DNA from: Phoronis australis
Taxonomy: Eukaryota > Animalia > Phoronida
Direction of reading: 5' to 3'
DNA length: 64,000 nucleotides
NCBI GenBank assembly: GCA_002633005.1
Contig: NMRA01000269.1
Location: 124,001-188,000, forward strand
Of the stretch, positions 12,501-23,655 are shown one piece after another. The notes beneath the pieces are model-generated. The model was not told the origin of the DNA, did no database searches, and saw nothing but the letters and a program-made list of their open reading frames with translations. Both the position numbers and the translations under genes were made by a program. Position 1 is the first letter of the stretch. Each line of letters opens with the position of its first letter.

Positions 12501-15500
12501 CTGTCAATCATAAAACAGCCCTTGAAATTTTATCATCCTACATCAATTCTGTTGAGAGTTCGTAGTTCTTGCAATTACAGTTGCTTTTTCCGATTGTTTT
12601 CAGGTACTCCATTTGTTGTGATTAATGGTGTGAAGAAAGACATTCCAGTGTTCACCGATGTTCTTGGTGGAGACCGATACAGGGTGCGATACACACCGGA
12701 AATCCCAGGTAAGTTGGCGTCTTTATGTCATCTCCAGGATAAAGTAAGCTGATACCATCATGTTCTCACTAGACAGCTTTCCCTATAGTGATTTCCAGTA
12801 AAAGTTAACATAAGATGTCGCTAACTTTGACAGTTCTAGATTTGGTCCTTCAAGCAGCTTTACGATGACGGCTTACTTTGATGACACCGATTATCAACTA
12901 TGACCTGACGAATGTGAAGTCACGGGTGTTATTACTGCCTGTTTGTTTCGAGACTTAGGCTTAACATTTAATTAAAATGAACAGTATCAATGTTGCTATC
13001 TGAGAAATGGATTTGATTAAATTCACGAATTAAGCTGATCATCATGCCAAACTCTGAAGATGATGAAGGATTATCTCTTCTCTGAGGCGCTTTCGTGAAC
13101 TAGCTGCCAGGCATACATCCGGAGTCCGCGGCTGTTTCTCCTAAAGCCCTTGAAGGATCACTGTAAAATTTAATAGTTGTATTCCTATGAATGCGGCCAT
13201 AGGTAACAATGACTTTCAAATGGATCTGACCACAGCTGAGCCCCCTATAGACAATTTTCTTTAACATTTGCCTGTGTATTTTTGAATTGTTCCTCGACCG
13301 ATTCTTAAGGCAATGATTGGACACTAACCCATTTTCATAAGGATCCAACCCATTCTGCACCACCTAGTGACCATGTTTTATGTTTAGTCAATGACAAATA
13401 CCTGCCATTACATTAACCCAGTGTTCATTTATTCCGTTCCACATCAGGAGCCTACCTTCTACACATCCAGTGGTCGGACAGAGCAGTCAAAGATTCACCA
13501 TTTAAGATCAATGTCATAGCAATGAGTGACGCTTCTAAAGTCTTGTGCTCAGGAGATGGCTTGAAAATGGGCATCTATGGCTCTGAGATAACATCTATGA
13601 TAGACACAAGGCGTGCTGGCCCAGGTAAAGTCAACACTTAAAAGTAATTGTCATAATCAGATAGGCAACTGTCATTCAAATGCTGCAAAGAGTATTTGGA
13701 GTATTACTACAGTTTAGCCATGCATTTTGTGAAATGTAGATTAACCAATAGGGCTGTCCCAGATTACACGGCAATAGAATTCTCCTTTGTCCTGGATATA
13801 AGAAAGAACATTAGCTGGTTTTGGAAATCAGGCACCCGTGTCTCTCCATGAAGTCAGAAAGCTGGAGAATTTCAGATGGTCCAGTTTATCAAACCGTTTC
13901 ATGTCGCAGTAATGCAGCCCACAGCACAGCAGTAATACTTTGTTGGCATTGGAAGGACAAATAGAGTAATGCAACAAAGAAAAACTTGTAAAGAATCAGA
14001 CATAGAATCAGACAACAAATAACATGACTGTGGAACTCAAGCAGCACAAAAACGAGGCAGCAAATGTGTCTGACTGATGATTAGGGCATTATGGGTAAAT
14101 ACAGCAAGATTTGAGTGTCGCTGTGTAATCAGGGACGACTCTTTCATTTTTGTATTTCATTGCCAACAATATTCAAAGTAAAATCTTTTATGTTCTTGTA
14201 ATGATGACTGACAGTGATGGGACAAATTGTGTTTGTGTCAATGTCAAGTCATAGTGTCAATGACTGCATCAAAGCATAGAGTATACACGAAAAATACTCT
14301 GTTCGTCATGATAAATAATGACCTACCGTGACTTTTTTGTCACTGACATTGAAAGGGGTTCTGTTTTCATTGAGTCATCTTGTGGGGGGAATTATGCCCG
14401 GGAGCATTCACTATGATGGGGAATTAGGGCTCATTTTGTCTGAATATTGTTGGTGTGCACTGTCTGCATGCACATCTGTGACTATTCCAGAATGGAAAAG
14501 GTTCGTAACTGTTGTGTAAAATGTAATGCCGAATAAGGACTTTTGCAATGTAGGTCAGTGTCCGGTTGCATGGAACACTCCCAAATAGTGACTGTGACTC
14601 AACTAAATTGTGTATTTGTGTCATTGTTTGAAGACACATACGTACAGTCCATAAATTACATATGATTTTGATATAAGATAGAGAAACAGGAGATGCTTGA
14701 GGCATTTGTTGCATTGTGGGTATAAACCTTAGAATGAGAGTGTTGCCGTCATATTTCGGGATGAGCATGTAATGTTCACGTGTATGCAGGGTGATCCATT
14801 GTACCCATTTTTTTGTGCACAGGCGAACTGACAGCACAGTGTACAGGTCCCTCAAAGGTGGCTTATTGCGAGTTGTATGACCACAGAGATGGCACATTCA
14901 GTCTCAAGGTGAAGGCTCAGGAACCTGGAAAGCATCTCCTTCACATACGATATGGTGGCGAAAACGTGCCAGGTACAGCTCAGTGTAGTTTGTCCGTTTT
15001 ATGATGCAATACCAACCAACCAAAGGAAGATTAGTGTTCATCCCATTAATACAATTAAACTGGCATGCCTGCCCCGTTTTTTTTTTGTTTCAAAAGGAGG
15101 GGGCCTCGGGGCCCACCCAAATTCACCAATTGAGCAGTTCAGCTCAACATGACTTTAAACTTTTAAGCATGATATACGTTTTTCATATTTCACATGTAAT
15201 GCCCTGCTTGAGAAAACACCGTACTTGTTAGAGTACATAAATTGTTGAAGTATATTTTCCCAATTTGGCACAAACTTCTGAAGTCATTATACCCTTATAA
15301 TGGTTTCTAGGTAGCCCATTCGTTCTCAAGGTGGCAGCTCCACCTGATGCTAGGATGGTGAGAGTGAAAGGACCAGGTGTAGAGCATGGCATCTTAGCTA
15401 CATTCCAGAGCAGGTTCCTGGTGGAAACAAAAGGTGCAGGAGCTGGTCAACTGACTGTGAGGATTCGGGGGCCAAGAGGTCAGTGGTGCCTGTTGCAAGT

Positions 15501-16397
15501 CACATGAAGACTCAAGTCTCACAAATCCACAATTTTCCATAAATTAGATAAAAACTGATTTTAGTTGTAGTCAAAGTAGTTTTATGTGGTTGGAACTTCT
15601 GAATTTTTGAAGAGTTATGACAAAATGTGCTTGTATTCCTTTTTTTTAATCATGCAATTGCTGCTGACAGGATAGTCTCAAATCACTAAAACACCATCAT
15701 TCGGCATGACGGGCAGCCTCTGACAAAATGTTTGCACTTGCTCCATGGACTGTGTGGTCATACATGCATTTAATAAGCAGCTAATTTTTTTTAATCGCCT
15801 GACCATATTGTAAGTGTTGCAGCAAAGATAGATCAGCAATTACCTGTTTATGACCACAGGATGTTTATCCTATTTTCCTGTAAGCTTTTCCAAGGAGTAG
15901 TCACGAGTCATGCACAGCTTGGCCTCACTGACTGAAGCACGTGGCTGAATCAGATTGCTTGAGCTTATAAGGAGAAATGAGTGCCCAGTTTCTTAGAGCC
16001 TTCCATTTATGGCATGTCATTGATAAGCTTAATGCAACTTCGGGAAACTGAGCTTTGTTGCTGTCAGCGTTGGACTGCCAACAAAAACTGTGTTTTACTT
16101 AAATTTTGCCGGTTATTCATTTCAGGTGCATTCCGTGTTGAAATGCAAAGAGAAACTTCTAAAGACCGATGTATTCTGTGTCGCTTTGATCCAACAGAGG
16201 TTGGTGATTATGTCATCAGCGTCTGCTGGTCAGGAGAGGACGTACCAGGTAGTCCATTCCACATTCAAATATTCGACACACAAGAGGAACTGGATGACTT
16301 CATTCGGCACGGCGATATCAGGAACAGGAGTTTCACCAAACCAAACACCTCTATTTACAGCGACTACGGCAGACGGTCGTGGAATGCAGAGATCTAA
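281..16397 (+). CDS. jbug: Filamin, jitterbug/FLN-2 type; 3' part of a spliced gene (18 exons; 5' part lies outside the window)
   Basis: 18 GT-AG exons splice in frame into tandem filamin Ig repeats (AG.G.L...GP.G, Y.V.FTP.E.G.H, GSPF motifs). The last repeats (KVAYCELYDHRDGTF; GPGVEHGILATFQSRFLVETKGAGAGQLTVRIRGPRGAFRVEMQRETSKDR; GSPFHIQIFDTQEEL) match the Drosophila Jitterbug C-terminus as I recall it, not Cheerio/FLNA. Stop TAA at 16395-16397. Confidence 0.9.
560..815 (+). repeat. old interspersed repeat family (other copies at ~7790-8005 on -, ~10040-10240 on +)
   Basis: Shared blocks acagaatg(a/g)cttag, agcttc(t/c)gccca, gagtcattttgtctga.tactttt; the reverse complement occurs in intron 9. 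Confidence 0.55.
1442..1615 (+). CDS. filamin exon E2
   Basis: tttcag|tt ... a|gtaagt; DCRNAGEGDLSAEV...SFVPKEASTHTVDVSFN; 174 nt. Confidence 0.93.
1816..1962 (+). CDS. filamin exon E3
   Basis: tttcag|at ... a|gtaagt; APMAIDVVDDRLVTVQGD...DLNIRIV; 147 nt. Confidence 0.9.
2693..2914 (+). CDS. filamin exon E4
   Basis: gcacag|gt ... g|gtaagt; YRVEFTPAEVGGH...GSPFTCYVYD; 222 nt. Confidence 0.93.
3375..3548 (+). CDS. filamin exon E5
   Basis: ttccag|tg ... g|gtatcg; DASEAGQGDIDVEV...YSFIPEEAGLH; 174 nt. Confidence 0.92.
4039..4287 (+). CDS. filamin exon E6 (contains a non-Ig insertion)
   Basis: ttgtag|ga ... g|gttgtg; GSPFSINIIDPNPPIP...DNPIY...NDLQLVVT; 249 nt, open frame. Confidence 0.85.
5485..5568 (+). 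CDS. filamin exon E7
   Basis: ttttag|ct ... g|gtatgt; PNGEQVPAKILKAPNGEYKVEYSTTHV; 84 nt. Confidence 0.9.
5991..6134 (+). CDS. filamin exon E8
   Basis: ttccag|gt ... g|gtgagg; RHTIDIYYNGQRIGGSPYFVDVFDP; 144 nt. Confidence 0.93.
6628..6681 (+). CDS. candidate 54-nt alternative cassette exon (DIDEAIAEIDRVDDSTPG)
   Basis: Pyrimidine tract + catcag| acceptor, g|gtagat donor, phase 1-1, open frame. The duplicate at 46801-46854 differs mostly at codon third positions. Confidence 0.6.
6830..7250 (+). repeat. intronic remnant of the Ngaro-like terminal repeats (A and B boxes)
   Basis: gagtttggtcagctc.tggctc.catagg and tcataataaatgaccttat are shared with 34905-35405 and 57882-58345. Confidence 0.5.
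7509..7682 (+). CDS. filamin exon E9
   Basis: ttgcag|tg ... g|gtactg; FSQEAGRADLTAMVYSPSG...YNPAEYG; 174 nt. Confidence 0.92.
9071..9217 (+). CDS. filamin exon E10
   Basis: cattag|gg ... a|gtaggt; CPIVQEI...AHGDGL...ATFYVD; 147 nt. Confidence 0.9.
9800..9925 (+). CDS. filamin exon E11
   Basis: ttctag|ct ... g|gtaaac; GYYRVTYTPVECGVYDVQIKWN; 126 nt. Confidence 0.92.
10618..10872 (+). CDS. filamin exon E12
   Basis: tcccag|ga ... g|gtaaag; GSPFHPQVID...AGPGSLEV...ITFTPVQT; 255 nt. Confidence 0.93.
11213..11433 (+). repeat. 21-bp minisatellite, about 10 units
   Basis: Unit consensus GACCTGGCAGTTAGCGTGACG. Confidence 0.9.
11788..11973 (+). CDS. filamin exon E13
   Basis: tcccag|gt ... g|gtgagg; EHRLSVLW...IPGSPF...GKGLVEAKVNEEAEFTIDG; 186 nt. 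Confidence 0.93.
12604..12708 (+). CDS. filamin exon E14
   Basis: tttcag|gt ... g|gtaagt; DRYRVRYTPEIP; 105 nt. Confidence 0.93.
13448..13624 (+). CDS. filamin exon E15
   Basis: catcag|ga ... g|gtaaag; AYLLHIQWSDRAVKDSPFKINV...DTRRAGP; 177 nt. Confidence 0.93.
14823..14972 (+). CDS. filamin exon E16
   Basis: gcacag|gc ... g|gtacag; ELTAQCTGPSKVAYCELYDH; 150 nt. Confidence 0.93.
15311..15478 (+). CDS. filamin exon E17
   Basis: ttctag|gt ... g|gtcagt; SPFVLKVAAPPDA...GAGAGQLTVRIRGPR; 168 nt. Confidence 0.93.
16126..16397 (+). CDS. filamin terminal coding exon E18
   Basis: tttcag|gt; AFRVEMQRE...GSPFHIQIFDTQEEL...SWNAEI*. Confidence 0.93.
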
Positions 16398-17565
16398 GGG
16401 AAGGACAGACTCGCCACCTATGTGACAGACTCTCCACCTATAACTGTACATGTAACATGAGCTGGCAATTTATACGACAAATTGACATTGTAGGGTCCTA
16501 GACATTCCATTTACTTAGTTGAATTCTGTTTTTATTGAGTTGTTCTATAGATGGACGCAAGTGCGAGGAGGGTTTGAATAGCAAATTTTGTGCACTACTA
16601 ACTATACCATGCTTTTCACATTCCATAACTTTAACGTCTGTGTGTATGGGTTCACTTAAGATGTTCAGTGACATTTGGTACTGACGTCACCACATTCCTT
16701 ATTGAAACCTTAGTGTAGTTGACAGATTTTTGTCACTTTTATGTCTGTAGGTTGTTACTCTACCCCATGTGAAAATGTTGGCAGTGATCACTTGTGTTCC
16801 AACACATGCCTGTACAACTGTTACAATTAATTAAACATATTAAGGCATTTAAATAGTTATTCGAAAGTTGTTTATCCAGTGAAAATTTACCGGGTATTAC
16901 TAGCATTTATAAGCACTGCATTCAAGAAGCTTGCTTGTTCGTGTTGTGCAGTTCTTTAGTTATGCATATATTTGGCTTCAGAAAATGGATCATGAACTTT
17001 TAAACGGCTTGTAGAAGGGTTGGTTACCAAAATCCACATTGATTTATGCAGCTGACGGAGTTTACGTTTATCTTATGCAGTTTGTGTTCAGTTGATGTTT
17101 GAGGATATATTTAATTTTTGGGTTGTCATTATATGCCTAAGATTAACATGGCTTATTTCTTAATGCTGCAGAAACTGAAGTTCCTTCAGACTACTGCTCT
17201 TGTACAGGTTCACACCCAGGGTGTTTAAATTGGGGAAGTAAAAAATTGTGATTGTTATTAGCCAAGCACGACATTCAAAAATTTTGAAGTTGGGGGTTGG
17301 ATGTTTACCTGCATGATCAATTCGGAGACAGCTGGTTGGGAAGTAGCACGCAAGAGTAGCGTTAATTATGGTAGAATACGGGTATTTTACTGGCTCCCTG
17401 TCGGAATAACTACAGGTTCCGGTAAAACAGAATGTTGTCTTACTTAAAGGTATGCAGATGTGGTACACTCTGGGATCTAAAATTCATAGGACACTGGCCT
17501 TAAGACAGAGTACTTTCAAAGAAATCTGGATAATATAAATTGGGGGTCGAGCATTGGCATTAAGA

Positions 17566-17887
17566 AATAAAATTTTGTAAATTTTATCAAGTTAAGCCTG
17601 ATGGTACTACAAAATGTATCTATTCAAAGAAAATGAAAGAAGGCATACTCAAATTTGGCCAACAATTTAACAATGTGTAGTGTAAAACCATTCCTCGCCT
17701 TCATTGTTTTGGGACGAAACTGTGACCGAGGCGAATATTCAATGATTGCTTGAACAGAAAGATTCACCAGTTAACTTGATTTACAGTTACTCCAGCTTTG
17801 TGCTTATGATTTCAGCTTGACCTAACTAGTATTGCGTTTATGTTTACACATATAGCTTGCTTTGTATTTTAGTTTCAATATAATAAA
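17566..17887 (+). terminator. candidate polyadenylation signals of the filamin 3' UTR
   Basis: AATAAA at 17566-17571 and 17882-17887, downstream of the stop, each followed by T/GT-rich sequence. Confidence 0.45.
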
Positions 17888-18465
17888 ATATTTCAATAGA
17901 ATTTTGTGCAATCTGGATCTTACTTTCACCAAATTGTGAATCTCCTTGAAAAAAAATGTATCACAAGATTAATAGCGTTTCATGGCAGTAAAACTGTGAT
18001 CAATGACCTATGACAACTTGTTTGATAAATCATCAAATAAAAATTTAACCTTATATCAAATAAAAGTGCCAACTTCAAACAGGCCAAGAATGAAGAGGTT
18101 CAGCTATGAGCTCTACTCCGACCACAGTACAACCAAAGAAAACGAGAAGCGTTTACTTGCCTTATTTCACGACTTTTGTGAGGACTGCAACCAAGACATT
18201 CCATTGAGTCCTTCTGTGATGTTCCAAGACGAAGTCATTAATTTAATAATGCTCAATATAACTGTAACTTCATCTTAACGTACAACAGATAGACAGTAAC
18301 CAAAGCAGGCATTCTCAACAAATTTACTTCATAGCACGTCAGATACAGATCTTATTTATTGGATTTTTCATCGGCACTTTTCTTTTTCAGCATCTGTAAA
18401 AACTTTTCCATTTCTGCTAAACTATCCTTTGGAGGAGACTCTTTCCCTTCAGTGATGACGGTTGT

Positions 18466-18935
18466 ACAGCACACATCACGAATTTTGTCCGACCGGTCGT
18501 CTAGCCGACCAGCAGCTGACCAACAACAGTAGGCTAGGAGCCCTTTGCTGTGTCACCTCCGTGGTCGGCACTTGGGTCGGCTAAGTGGTCACCTAGCGTA
18601 GACGACCAATTCGTATTAAGCGTGTCCTTGGTCGGCAATTACCATTTTATGACTTAGCCGGTGAACTTGGGCCAAACAAACATTTAACTGTTCGCTGTTC
18701 GTTCACCAGTCAGTGGCAACTTCGGTCTTGACATCGGTTTATCGATTTTTGTTCAACTTGACAGGAGGTAAAATCGAATCAACCTACAAATACGAAGTGC
18801 GTGACATTACACCAACCTAAAACTTTATTTTGAATTAATGACGGCGTTGTAAAATCAAACGTTAAGTGATGTCGCGGAAGCATAATTTCTAACTTTAGAT
18901 ATGAGACTTTTTATACAGTACATTATGCATAAAAG
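18466..18935 (+). repeat. repeat or TE end with GGTCG/CGACC motif array; second copy at 54786-55288
   Basis: cagcacacatcacgaatttt..ccgaccggtcg ... cattatgcataaaa is shared between the two loci. Confidence 0.75.
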
Positions 18936-19776
18936 CAAGCAAGAAATTTGAAATTTTACATTAAAATTGCATAAAAATCCGAATACAACGCTGGTTGTTT
19001 TATGACCCTAAGTGTTTTCATGTAGCGAAATGCTCGTCAAGCAGCAGACATTAGCGCTCATCCGTTATTGCTCTTGATCATCACTTCATCACGCTGTATT
19101 TTGCACTTTAACACAGATGATTATTGTTTATTTCTGTACAATTTCTCAATATGTTGGTACAGCAATAGAACCCAAGTTTATTTTAGGAACAACATAAACA
19201 ATGGTTTGAACATAGCGCCGATACTAAGAGGTATGAGGCGTGATAAAAGATTAACTATTATAGAATTGCTTTAATATTGTTGTTGATTTCCTGTGTAATC
19301 ACTAAATTGTGTCTTGAAGTGAAGTTAAAGACAACATTTAAACTACGCTTTTGAGAAAATCATAATATAGCACAATATAGTAGGTGTATTATATCTCGCC
19401 TAACTCTTTTTCAATGTCACACTAAATTGGAGATCATGATCTGAAGATACACTCTAGACCAATACTACAAAACAGAAGAGTCAAACAGATTTTATATATC
19501 CAAGCTACACAAGTGCCACAAGTCAATCTGTTCATCTCCGTATCGATAACATCAGTAAAACATCCAACAACCCCTTTTATCAGCAAAAAAGTTAACAATA
19601 TTTCTGGCAATTTTTTTAAATCCCACATGTTCATGAGGGTAATCTTTGAATCACCTCACGAATGGTATTTCTAAACTCTTCTCGCTCCCCACAGGCACGC
19701 TCATCATAATTCGTTGACTTCACTGACGTATTTGTTTTTTCTTTTGCTGTCAGAATCTTGCAAGAAGATTCGAAAT

Positions 19777-20075
19777 CAGGGGCGGATCCAAGATTTTGAG
19801 GGCACAGGAATAGTCAGAATATCACCACATGCGCGTGCCTTGCCTAAAATGTAGAGATGCAGGGGCCTCGAATTTTTGAGTTTGTGGACCTTATTACTAA
19901 TAAAGGGTGAACGGATTTGTTCAAGGCCTATGAATTGCGCATTAACCCCTCGAGCCCCCTTGGGTGCGCGCATATGGTAGTCGGCAATTCGCACCCCGGA
20001 TTGCCAAATGGTATCTGGGAGAAGTTTAGGGGGCCATGGCCCCCTTGGCACCCCCTCCTCCTAAATCCGCCACTG
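19777..20075. mobile_element. MITE with hAT-like CAG(G/T)GGCGGAT termini; contains a CATGCGCG-type nested fragment
   Basis: caggggcggatcca ... taaatccgccactg inverted ends; no clear TSD. Confidence 0.6.
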
Positions 20076-22838
20076 CTTTCATCTGCATCAACAATTTGTT
20101 TACTCCTGGCTCAGTACATCCCCACGGAACAATTGCTGGGTGAGTCTTTGTTTAGATACCCTTAATTGTTCTCCTTGGTTTCGTCTAAAAGTATTTGTCT
20201 GTGTTTCAAAACCCTGGTAGTGTGTACGTTCACTACTTGATTAATCGATCTGTTCGTTGAAGCTCGCCTCACAATAATACATGTAACAGTAAACTTGTTT
20301 CCTGAAATGAAAATGAATTCATTTGTCAAAGTATTTATAATTAAAATAGGGATTGCTGTACATGTAGTCGCTCATTGTGATTTAACTATAATGCTATGAT
20401 ATTTGTTAGTTTGGATACGAAAGTAACAGAGTAATGACACAAAATGTGATTAATTCATTGCACCACACTTATTTTGTAACCCTATTCACGTTTTATAAGT
20501 AAAAGTTCATAACTGTTCAGCACACCACGATGCGGTCTCGATCGCATAAACAAAAAAAAATGCGTTTCCCGTCGCTTATCTTGGCGTTCTCGATCGCATC
20601 TCTCAAAAGAGAAGTATCGAAAAATCAGAGATCCTGACAAAACTACGAAAGATAAGCGTTGTGCTATATTTTCACAAGTAATTTCTTCATAACTTCATGG
20701 TCAATTTATTGATTTAGTGCCAACAATAACCGCAATTTTCCAAAATGACGTACGAATCATCTTTGACGCAAGCGATGCCTCGTTCTACATAACTTATCTC
20801 TAATAATTGTGACACTAGCCTAAACCTCTTTACCTGCCCTTCCTCAATGCCTTGAACTCATGTCTCTGTTTTCACATTGAAAGTAAAAACAACGAAAATT
20901 AATCAAATTTACTCACCTTGCCTGGCTTCGCTTCTCGCAACAGGTTTCGTTCTCGCTTTCCGATCGTTCTCGATCGCGGGTTGGCCGGNACTGCGTACGT
21001 GTCACTCAACTATTCAAAGCTTGATGATCTGTCCGTTCCAAAATCAATACGAAAGTAAATGGGAATTTTGTCTGATATAGTTTATTACTTTTGAGGCCTT
21101 TTCATTCTGACTTAACTCTGGTCTGAGCGGAGCGTCAAAATACATGTAAACTACGAAGTAACTAGTAAACCGTTCATACTGGTTTCGGTAGTTAGCGGAC
21201 TTCGAAATAAACGGTAGGCAGCACTGTTGCAAGAGATGCAGTATGATAATGTACACACAATTATCTGTGAAGTATTTGGAATTACCATGCATTAGCCACA
21301 GGCTCTGGATCTTGTTTCATTTGATTAACTTGAAGAATGAGAAATTGGGGGTTATGATACCGTGATAAGCACATTCGATGTAAAAGTTGCCAAATTATAT
21401 TTTAACGGCTTTAGTATATTGTATATTGCTATATTTCATTTAAGTCCCATGAACCGTGAGATAAGAAAACGGCTACAAATGTGCGCCGGACAGCCGGCCT
21501 TGTCACCCACCGCATTGATTGATACCATGCATGGCTAAACCACTGAAGTCATACCAGGCGATTAGGTTTTAAGCCATTTATGTGTGACAGTTGTCACTGA
21601 TGAGTATCTGATACATGATTACTGAATGGTTGAAGTATTGGCGTTTATGTTAGGAAAATAATGCAATATGTTTGTAAAATGGTGATCCTTATTACTTTGT
21701 TTGGTGTGCTTGGTCAGTCTTCATGTTTTGAACAACGTTTTGGTTGAAAAACGTTGTCATAGGTTACAAACTGGGTAGTGGAGTTGTCTTCGTCTGAAAG
21801 TATTAGGTGTTCCTTATTTGTGTTTTTATTTCCCTGCGATATTTAGTATCTTAATTAAGATTATTGCACTGGATGGTGTTAGATTAAGAATTATGTTAAA
21901 ACTTGCAGCGTTGTCATACGATTGGTTTGTAAAACATACTTCGTTTTTAAAATATGACTGGTGAGCACACGTTGCTGTTGATCAACAATAGTTTGTAGAT
22001 TACACTGTACTGTGTTCATTTAGAGTTATCTGTGCACCTAGTGGATTTACGGTCCGGTAAAAAGCGATTAGTGGCTATGAATACATGGGGTTCTGCTGTT
22101 TTACATCATAAACTAATGTTTTTACTTGTGTCGGAGATGAACTGGTTGGTTTTTGACTACGCTTACAGAAGTTTCCATGTTTCTGATTTCCTTTTGAATA
22201 CTGCATGATGAACATGAGTTTGTTCAACCCCTTTAGAAGTTTATGCCTATGCGATGTGTCACGTAATGAATCCTCAGATTTTTTTAATGACGCTCATTTA
22301 TGATGATGACGGGTAGCTGGTGAATATAGGCCTAAAACATTTCCTAAATTTTGTCACTTGAACATTTGCTGTATGCATGATCAGCAATTTTTTCGCATGT
22401 ACGAGAGACTATATGAGACAGAGGCTTGCTTGAACAACCCTGAAATTCAGCTCGTACGGGGGTTGCTCATAAATACTGCCATGCTTATATTGGAAGCCAG
22501 GGTTACAGTAGAAGCTAGCAGTTCATATACCCTTAACTTAAACTATCTTTGTCTGTAAATTATGGCTGTACTCTGTTGTTCGTATCTCTTGATATTCCTT
22601 TCCTATTTTTCATGTTTGTTTCACTGTATATCTGTTATACTGCAGCAGTATTGTTGGTAGATAATATATATTTAACATATATTTGTAGTAAGTTATGGAC
22701 ACAACCTTTTTGAAATATGGGGAAGACCCAAAGCATTGATTTTTTGATGTTGTATGTATAATCGTGACTGGTTTAATATATAAGGCATTTGTTTGAAGTT
22801 GCAGGTACTTTATTTTTACTATAAATGTACGCGTGTTA

Positions 22839-22907
22839 CATCGGCGGCGCACCATAGGGAGCTGGGGGCTATAGCTCCCCACTTTTTTCAGTGCTGCGCC
22901 GCCAATG
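22839..22907. mobile_element. 69-bp minimal MITE
   Basis: TIR catcggcggcgca / tgcgccgccaatg; flanks tgtta/tgttg. Confidence 0.65.
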
Positions 22908-23655
22908 TGTTGGCTACAATAATCATAGTAGTAACACTATATCAGCGTGTGGTTGCGTGGTTGCAGTATAAATGACGGACCCTGTTGAAAATTTCGGCGT
23001 TTTAATCTTAAAACAATATATTAGCTTGGACGGTAGGCACTTAAGTAGCGCCTGGAAGCCTCTCATTTGCGGTATTCATTTGCTTAATTTTCGAGCGTCG
23101 GTTTCTTTTGCATTGCAACTTTTAAAGGTTAGAGATATTCCCGGATTTTGTGAGGGGTAAGAGATATGTTAATGTATTGCACATTTTGAAGCACTAAACA
23201 TGGTCCAATGACCAGAACTATCACAATGTCTCTTATAAAGCGGCATGCCGAACGAGTATTTTTACATAATATTGCAGTGAAATCCAAACGTTTTTATGAC
23301 GGAGGTGTTGAAAGTACTTTTGAATAAGATACTACTTTATCAGGGCTAAATTGCTAAAATGTTCTATCACTGACTAATCATACCACTAGACTTTGAAGGA
23401 AACAATGGTATTTTCCAAACTGGCAATACGTGGCCTTAATCGCGCTTGTTGTTGCAAGTGTCACAACAGTATGAACGAGCCTTTATTGACGAGCTTCTAC
23501 ATCAATTGAAAATTGTTGTGTTTACATCAGAGCTTCAAAAGACTTTGTCGGATTTCAATGCAAGCGTAAGACATTATAGGCAATTTCATAGACTTTTAAT
23601 CTATACAAAATTATTACCGCTTGCAATCTCAAACGTAAACAAAGTGTTCGTGTTA

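Noticed and set aside
18003-18278. 91-aa ORF downstream of the 3' UTR
   Set aside because: No recognisable homology or splice context
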